Shown in pieces: positions 57,423 to 64,000 of a DNA stretch of 64,000 nucleotides (position 1 is its first letter; each line of letters opens with the position of its first letter). The stretch is taken from assembly GCA_963921275.4 (NCBI GenBank), contig OZ001293.3, positions 6,208,001 through 6,272,000 of the forward strand, in the 5' to 3' direction. Below the pieces are notes generated by a model. That model made no database searches and was not told the DNA's origin. It worked only from the letters and a program-made list of their open reading frames with translations. The position numbers and the translations under genes were made by a program. The DNA is from an uncultured Hormoscilla sp. Lineage in GTDB: Bacteria; Cyanobacteriota; Cyanobacteriia; Cyanobacteriales; Desertifilaceae.

Positions 57423-58459
57423 TTACTGTTCTGGGGACTTGTCAACTTCCACATAAAGACTTAATCCTTTCCTCGCATTAGCATTAAACTTCAATCCCAC
57501 CTCTGTCTCAGTTGTTATCTCCACCGTATCCTGGGAAACATCATCGATTTAAATACTCTCAATTATAACTAACTGGCAGTAAGCTTTTGTCTCACTGGCT
57601 AAAAAAATCCTTTGTTTCACAGATAAAGTGATATCCCTAACCTTTGCTCTTGCTGCTTTTGGTTGCTCAAACCACCTGGTAACTTGACCAATTTCCCTAG
57701 TTTGTTCGATCGATACCTGTTTCAATATTATACGATAAGTCACCAACTCAACCAATGCTTGGCCTAAGGACTCGATAAAATCACATAATTCTAGGAGTTC
57801 GTCAAGCCCAAAATCTCATCTACAACTGCTCCGTGTGCTGCATCATTCCGGTAACTAATCAGTTCATTGAGTCGTCTTTCACTAATATTTTGACTTTCCA
57901 TGTATTTATTTACCCACCTCCAAGCATCGGCAATTCCAGCATCAGCCAACAATCTGTCTAGCTCATCCTTCCGTAAATTTTGCTCGTGCAAGAGAAATGC
58001 TTGAGGTATTAAATAGTATTTTTCTTTGCCTGTTATCCCATCGAATAATTCTTTAACAACATCGATTTCCTGAAGAGTTTTAAATCTCTTCTTTTTTAAG
58101 TCAAGCAGCAAACGCCCTACCCCTTCACGGTGTGTATTCCTGATTCTCTCGTCCAAGTCAGAATAACTGGAAACCTGTTCTGGAAGAAATTCTAACCACA
58201 GAAAAATTAAATCTTCAACAAATTTCTCGTAAACAGCATATAACCGAGTAATAGCAGCACAGCGTTCGTAAATCCGCCATTCATTCTCCTCTGGAATTAC
58301 CTCAATCAGTTCAGTTATTTTTACACTCTCCTCTGATTCCTGTTTCGTTGCGATCGCGATTTCTCTGAGCTTTTGATTGGTCAGGATAATTGCACGAATG
58401 GTATCAATTTTCGGCCTGAGTTTATTGATAAGATTTTGAAGCTTGTCAAAGTAAAACAT
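57423..58459 (-). pseudogene. HEPN protein (MAE_28990/RiboL-PSP-like) with C-terminal extension, disrupted
   Basis: LYAVYEKFVE, RNDAAH; frame breaks near 57800 then LCDFIESLGQALVEL...; second stop at 57549. Confidence 0.72.
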
Positions 58460-58465
58460 GGCTAG

Positions 58466-59641
58466 TTACTCGGCAATAACTTGGGTCAGCATATCGTCGA
58501 AAAGTTGGATTCGCTTCTGGATATCGGCATTGGTTTTTCCACTACCGGTAAACAGACGCGCTTTGTCGTCGTTCAGAAGCTGCCTTGTCCGTGCAATCAC
58601 TTGTTCTTTTCGCGAAATCAGCAAGTTGGTATCGGACAAATGCCTGCTAAACCCCACCATAACAGCATCATAATAAGCTTTATAAGAACGATATTGTCTC
58701 CGGCTAGACTGCCGGTCGAAAGGCTTAAATAAATCCTGCCCGTAAATTTGGTGAGCCAGATCGATTGTTTGAATAAAAATGCTCTCAAGCATTTCAACAT
58801 CTTTATCAGAACAGTGCATACTTTTCATCATGTATAAATCCAATAATTCTGTTAAATCTCCGCGTAATTCCTCAGCATGACGCAAGGCGAAGAAGCGCAG
58901 AACTAACTCGGCGTCTTCCATCTTTTTGTAGAGAGCATTCTTAGACAGTTTTTTGTCATTATCTTCTATAGGTATCCCCCAAGCCTCAGCAAATATCGGT
59001 TTCCGTGCTAGTGTTAGCAAGAGTTCGTTAAATTTTCCTAGATATAAACAGTTTCTGATCTCCTGCCGACTTAGATCGACTCCTTCAGTATTCAGACGCT
59101 CAAAAGCACGCTGCTTTAGAAACAGTGCCTTTTCAGGATTTGGTTCCGACTCAAATATCAATACGATCGAGGATAGAGAACGACGGTTGATCCCAGCTTT
59201 AATTGTTAGTGGCAGGTCTTCATACTTCCGTCCATTTAGTTCTGGCCAAAGCTCTAGTCCTTGAAGTACGAGTTTGTTTTCGTAAAAAGCTTGAAGTGCT
59301 GTTATTCTCTGTTGACCGTCCATCACTTCATAAGAATTATATGCTTTTTCATAAAGAATGATTGGTGGTACAGGAATATTGATAAGAAATGATTCGATCA
59401 ATCGTGATTGTTGGACAGGGTTCCAACGCGCTCTCCTCTGGTAGAATGGGCGCAAATCTATATAATCCGGTTTCTTTAATGATTCAACAAAACTTGGTAA
59501 CTTTTCCCGGTTGATTTCGGTAAGGATTCTTTGCTCTCCTTTATCGTACTTAGCTATAATTTACCTATCTGACATTGTTTTTTGGCTATTTTTCGAGGGG
59601 ATGTTATCCCAGAGTTTTTCTTCAAAGGGTGCAAGCAACAT
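58466..59641 (-). pseudogene. DUF262 (ParB-like/GmrS) protein with in-frame stop near the N-terminus
   Basis: YQRRARW, LIESFLINIPVPP, DGQQRIT, FERLN; upstream frame open except TAA at 59563-59561. Confidence 0.8.
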
Positions 59642-60157
59642 TGGTTGTCTTCTCCTTGGGAATGACTGTGGTACAAGGGCTATAACTATTAGATCACAAC
59701 AGTTGGAACATGGCGGTTAACTTTTTACTCCTGCGTGGGTTCCGGTCCGGTGCCGGTCGGGCTTTCTTGGACTTGTGGCTGTTTGCTCCTGATATCATAT
59801 CATACGCGATCGGGGGAGGGGGGATGCCTGAGGTGAGAGAATTTCCCAAATCTTCTCAGTGCCCCGATCGCTAGCACTGTTTGCTCCTTAGATCCTATCT
59901 TGGCGATCGCCGAGAGGGGACCAGTTTAGGAAATAATTACCAGTATAGCCGCCGGCACCTGGGAGCAGAGCCTCCGGCGTGCCTTCCCAGGTAGAACCAG
60001 CCAACGAGTTGAAATGATTCCCCGTATAGCCGCCGGCACCGGTCGGCAGAGCCTCGGCGTGCCTTCCCTGGCTCTGCCAGGGAAGGAGTAAATGGTGTCT
60101 AACCAGGTTTTCCAGACAGGTTTGCCCGATCGCAAACAGAGTCAAATTCTTGTCCAG

Positions 60158-60310
60158 TCAGGACTTGAGTGATTGATAAGTTTTTCTCATCACCTGTCTG
60201 GCATAGTCGAGAACCAACGAGTCTGGCTTTGTCATCAGATCCGCTTCTCTTACCGTAATAACATCCTGTCCAGCATCCCTTAGCAACTCAACTAGGCGCT
60301 TTGCCTGGGA
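60158..60310 (-). pseudogene. DUF5615/PIN-like fragment
   Basis: SQAKRLVELLRDAGQDVITV...PDSLVLDYA. Confidence 0.55.
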
Positions 60311-60813
60311 ACGAGTTCTAGAGGCGGAGCCTCTAGTTGACAATGGTGCAAGATATGAGTATAATCAATTTTATTATAAGCTATCGCCTGCCCAAGCAAA
60401 GGCTGGAGCCACCAGCTGTACGGTGTCTGATTGGGCTGTGTGGATAAGTTCAATAGCTTATTGTGCTTCCTCTACAGGCTTTTATAGCGTTAGGTATTTG
60501 ATGCTGACGCTAGTATCCAGACAAAGAACTCAACCACGATATTCGTCTCCTTCCCAGAGTCTGCGAATTAGCGGTCAAGAATCACTCATCAACAATCCCT
60601 ATCATCTCCTAATTGTGCAACGCCCAACTACTTTTGACCACACCCCGCAGCATACCATACTCATAGTTACAGGTATGGTAGCAAGAGGAGCTAAACTTTT
60701 GACCACACCCCAAAAACATACACCAAGCTTGATGTATGTTTTTTAGCCATACATCTAACTGGAGGTATGTTCTGAAAGTTAGCGGGCGTTATAGCGGTAT
60801 TGAATCCCGAAGG

Positions 60814-61247
60814 ACTTGACACTGATAAAATAATCGGCAATAATTATTTATGTGTGTTTTCCTGAGACATTATGGGAAGGAGCATCAGTAAAGAACTATC
60901 TCTAACGGATGCAGTTCGCCTGGGAACAACATCCTCATCCCCCTACTTGGGTTCGCCGACATTCGACGAAGTGCCTTTCTACGTTCAGGTGGGCCGTCAG
61001 CCAGCCTTGGGCACCTACGTCATAATTGAACTTGACACCGATAAAATAATCGGCAATAATTATTTATGTGTGTTTTCCTGAGACATTATGGGAAGGAGCA
61101 TCAGTAAAGAACTATCTCTAACGGATGCAGTTCGCCTGGGAACGACATCCTCATCCCCCTACTTGGGTTCGCCGACATTCGACGAAGTGCCTTTCCACGT
61201 TCAGGTGGGCCGTCAGCCAGCCTTGGGCACCTACGTCATAATTGAAC
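60814..61247 (+). repeat. 216-bp tandem duplication of the herA upstream and 5' region
   Basis: 60814-61031 repeats at 61030-61247 with three substitutions noticed. Confidence 0.92.
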
Positions 61248-62647
61248 GCGATTCAGATCGCAGCGTTCATTACGGACGGATAATCGGCGGTACAGAAGAC
61301 AACCCCCGTGCCAACCCGTCCTCAATGCAACAGGATCAGGCATACAATGTCGGTCACAAGGATCCCAGGCCAGGAGATCTAGCTCCTCACGTCACTCGGG
61401 TGATGAATGTCGAAGTCTTGGGCGAGATCCATCTAGATGATGGCGGCAAGATGACCGTGAAGGAACCTAGTCTTCTGGGGCAAACTGGTAAGGGTGTCTA
61501 TGAATTGCCAGCAGACCAGATTCCGTGGTTACACAACATTCCCGATTCGCCGGACAAGGGTTTTCACATCGGGATAATTGAATCGGGGAACCGTTCCGTA
61601 GATTTTGTGCTGCCAATGGAGGCGATCGCCCGGCATCTGGCAGTGGTAGGAAAAACGGGGGTAGGCAAGAGTTATGCTGTAGGAGTTTTGATCGAAGAAT
61701 TAGCAGGCCACGGCATTCCGGTTATTGCCTTTGACGTGCTAGGAGACATGATTTATGCTGCTGAAGACCTCAAAGGGCGTAGCTTTCGAGCTGGAAAAGA
61801 CTTTCGAGTGCCTTACTCGGTGATTGGATGGAATGAGTTTTTGGGATTTGTCCCTAACCTGACATCTGACCAATCGGAATTAGTTTCCCTGGGCTATAAT
61901 GTAGTTTTAGGGGAAGCTTTTCAAAGCTTAGAGCAGACGGGAAGGGTAAACATCCCTATTCAGGAACTTTTGGATGAAATCAACAGGGCAGGTCAGGAAT
62001 TTGGGCAAGCTGCTGTGGCAGGGCGGGCAGCACGCAAAGTGCAAACAACCTTTAACCGCAATCTCCTGTTGACTACTGGTACTGAAGCATGGTTGGGGGA
62101 ATTTACAGAAAAACCAATAACAAATGTATTTGTCGGTCATTTAAACCAACAGCAACGAAACTTGATCGTTGGGGCGACGGCGCGAATGCTTCAAGCACTC
62201 AGAAAGCGCGAGCAAATTCCTCCTTTCGTGTTTGTGCTGGATGAAGCTCATTTTTTCTTACCAGCAGCAGGAAGGATCACGCCTTCTACTAATGTTATCC
62301 GAGAGATGATCCGCACTGCTCGTCACGACGCGATCGGCATCGCGCTGATCACCCAGAGTCCGTCATCTATGGACAAGCAGGTGCTTTTGACTTGTAATAC
62401 GCGGGTGGTATTCGCCCTAGATCCGGATGACATTAAATTAGTATCAGGCACGATGGGAGATGTTGCGGAAGAAATGAAGTTACGCATTCCCAAGCTGGCC
62501 AAGGGAACGGCGATCGTCTCATCTAGTATGGACATTATGCGACATCCAGCACTTGTCAGAATTCGCAAGCGTCAGACCAGAGAAGGGGCGCCAACACCAA
62601 ATATAGCTGAGGAGGTTAAAAAATGGCGAAAAGAGAACAGATCCTAG
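61088..62647 (+). CDS. HerA/FtsK-like ATPase (HAS-barrel-like N-terminus, DUF87)
   Basis: RHLAVVGKTGVGKS, FDVLGD, VLDEAHFF, ITQSPS. Confidence 0.88.
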   Translation: MGRSISKELSLTDAVRLGTTSSSPYLGSPTFDEVPFHVQVGRQPALGTYVIIERDSDRSVHYGRIIGGTEDNPRANPSSMQQDQAYNVGHKDPRPGDLAPHVTRVMNVEVLGEIHLDDGGKMTVKEPSLLGQTGKGVYELPADQIPWLHNIPDSPDKGFHIGIIESGNRSVDFVLPMEAIARHLAVVGKTGVGKSYAVGVLIEELAGHGIPVIAFDVLGDMIYAAEDLKGRSFRAGKDFRVPYSVIGWNEFLGFVPNLTSDQSELVSLGYNVVLGEAFQSLEQTGRVNIPIQELLDEINRAGQEFGQAAVAGRAARKVQTTFNRNLLLTTGTEAWLGEFTEKPITNVFVGHLNQQQRNLIVGATARMLQALRKREQIPPFVFVLDEAHFFLPAAGRITPSTNVIREMIRTARHDAIGIALITQSPSSMDKQVLLTCNTRVVFALDPDDIKLVSGTMGDVAEEMKLRIPKLAKGTAIVSSSMDIMRHPALVRIRKRQTREGAPTPNIAEEVKKWRKENRS

Positions 62648-64000
62648 AACAAAGCCTTCTGGATTTGCTAGCGGCAGAAGATGATGGTTTAACAGTCGCA
62701 GAGATTGTCGATAGACTTAGAGTCGGAGATGGTAATGTTTCGGAAACATCTGTACGCGCTCTACTGAACCAACTTGCTGAGGCAGGTAAACTGAACAAAC
62801 AAAAGCGTCGGGGTAAAGGAAGAGGAAAGACTGCCTACGCTTACTTTCACCAGGATAAATTACCGCGACAGCCAATACCGCAACAGCTAAACATATTCGA
62901 TCAAATTCCTGGGGTAAGCAATAAGTCTCGCTTGATTACAAGAACCGAGGTGGAAAAAGAAGAGCTAGAGCTAGATCCAGAGGAACTTAAACGTCAAAAT
63001 CGAGCGCGTTCTGTTTTGGAAAAAATCGCCTCAAGTCATTTGCAATCGGAAGCATATGCACAGGCAATCGTTGAGATCGCACCTCAATTGGCAGAGAAAA
63101 CCCCTGTAGATCTGGTTGTCGAAATGGCCGCTTGGGTAGTAAAAGATCTCAATCAACTGGGAGAGCAAATTAATCGCCGGTGGCAAAGTGGTAACAGAGA
63201 AGAAGTAAGGAAACTCGCTTCCAGACTGGATGAGCGACTGATATGGGCAAGAAGGTACTTTCAGCGATTTTGGCGACTAGACCGTTCAGTATATGAAATT
63301 CCAGGCATTTTGGATTTGCCTGGACAAGCGAAATATTTCTTTCAGGAAAAAAAACGTGCTTTCTTGAATGAGGAAAAAGCACGAGAAAAACTGGGAAAGC
63401 GGATTTTGGGTGATAAAGTAATTGAGGAGCGAGTGCCACCAACCAACATGCACAAAGCAACAGCAGGCACCGATGCATCTGTGGCAGACATTTTATTAGA
63501 GCACTCTCCAAGCAGTTTTATTCCTCCCGATCCAGTGGTAGTAACAACCTCAGCAGCAGCAATGGTAGTTACCGTCGATAGTGAAGGCAAGCTAAAATAC
63601 CAGGATTTTGATATTTTTCCCGATCATCTCCAAGAGTACGAGGACTTTAGAGCCGCTGAAAATGGATTGGTGTTATCTCCAGACCTAATGAGATCCATTG
63701 GTAAAAACTCAGATTTTAAGCACTCGCGAACCGCAGCGATGGATCTCAGACAATACTCACAAGACCTTCATGTTTCAATGGACGAGTCTAAGTGGCGTCC
63801 CATTGGCAATATACCAGAGTTGGGTATTAATTCCAGACCTACCCTGATATTTCGTGACGGTCGCGTGTTACCTATAGTACATCGTTTAAACTTCTATGAA
63901 GATAAAGGCTTGTATGGTAAAATAGTCCGCAACTGAATTAAGAAGTTTGCTGATGTCATTCACAATACTCTGTCAAACACTAGTGGTAAAATTGTCTATG
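62623..64000 (+). CDS. Winged-HTH plus NurA-like nuclease protein; in-frame TGA at 63934, frame stays open to window end
   Basis: GLTVAEIVDRL...SETSVRALLNQLAEAG wHTH; AGTDAS and IFRDGRV resemble NurA acidic motifs; overlaps herA. Confidence 0.6.

Overview
64 kb of a cyanobacterial chromosome: abundant HIP1 GCGATCGC octamers, many Uma2, DUF29 and pentapeptide-repeat genes; probably a filamentous, Oscillatoriales-like lineage (inference). Housekeeping blocks are a glycosyltransferase/gmd/fcl cluster, 5-formyl-THF cyclo-ligase, tRNA-Leu(TAG), rpsB-tsf, recG, gor, a peroxiredoxin, tyrA and thrB. They alternate with decaying toxin-antitoxin, HEPN and defence-like genes and many pseudogenes. The main feature is absent from the ORF track: a population of ORF-less group II introns (7 full-length of 5 sequence types plus one 5'-truncated copy, about 6.45 kb or 10% of the window) with no reverse transcriptase in view. 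One outer intron at 15364-18212 carries two separate inner introns, one with an EBS1 matching a motif conserved in the domain I of related introns. Reading-frame restoration shows non-canonical 3' ends (ACT/ACC/TCC). Also present are self-nesting hairpin elements with covarying stems, an IS982 insertion, repeated Uma2-tail modules before unrelated genes, and a HerA plus wHTH-NurA-like pair beside a DUF262/HEPN pair. All family calls come from motif recognition by eye, not database searches.
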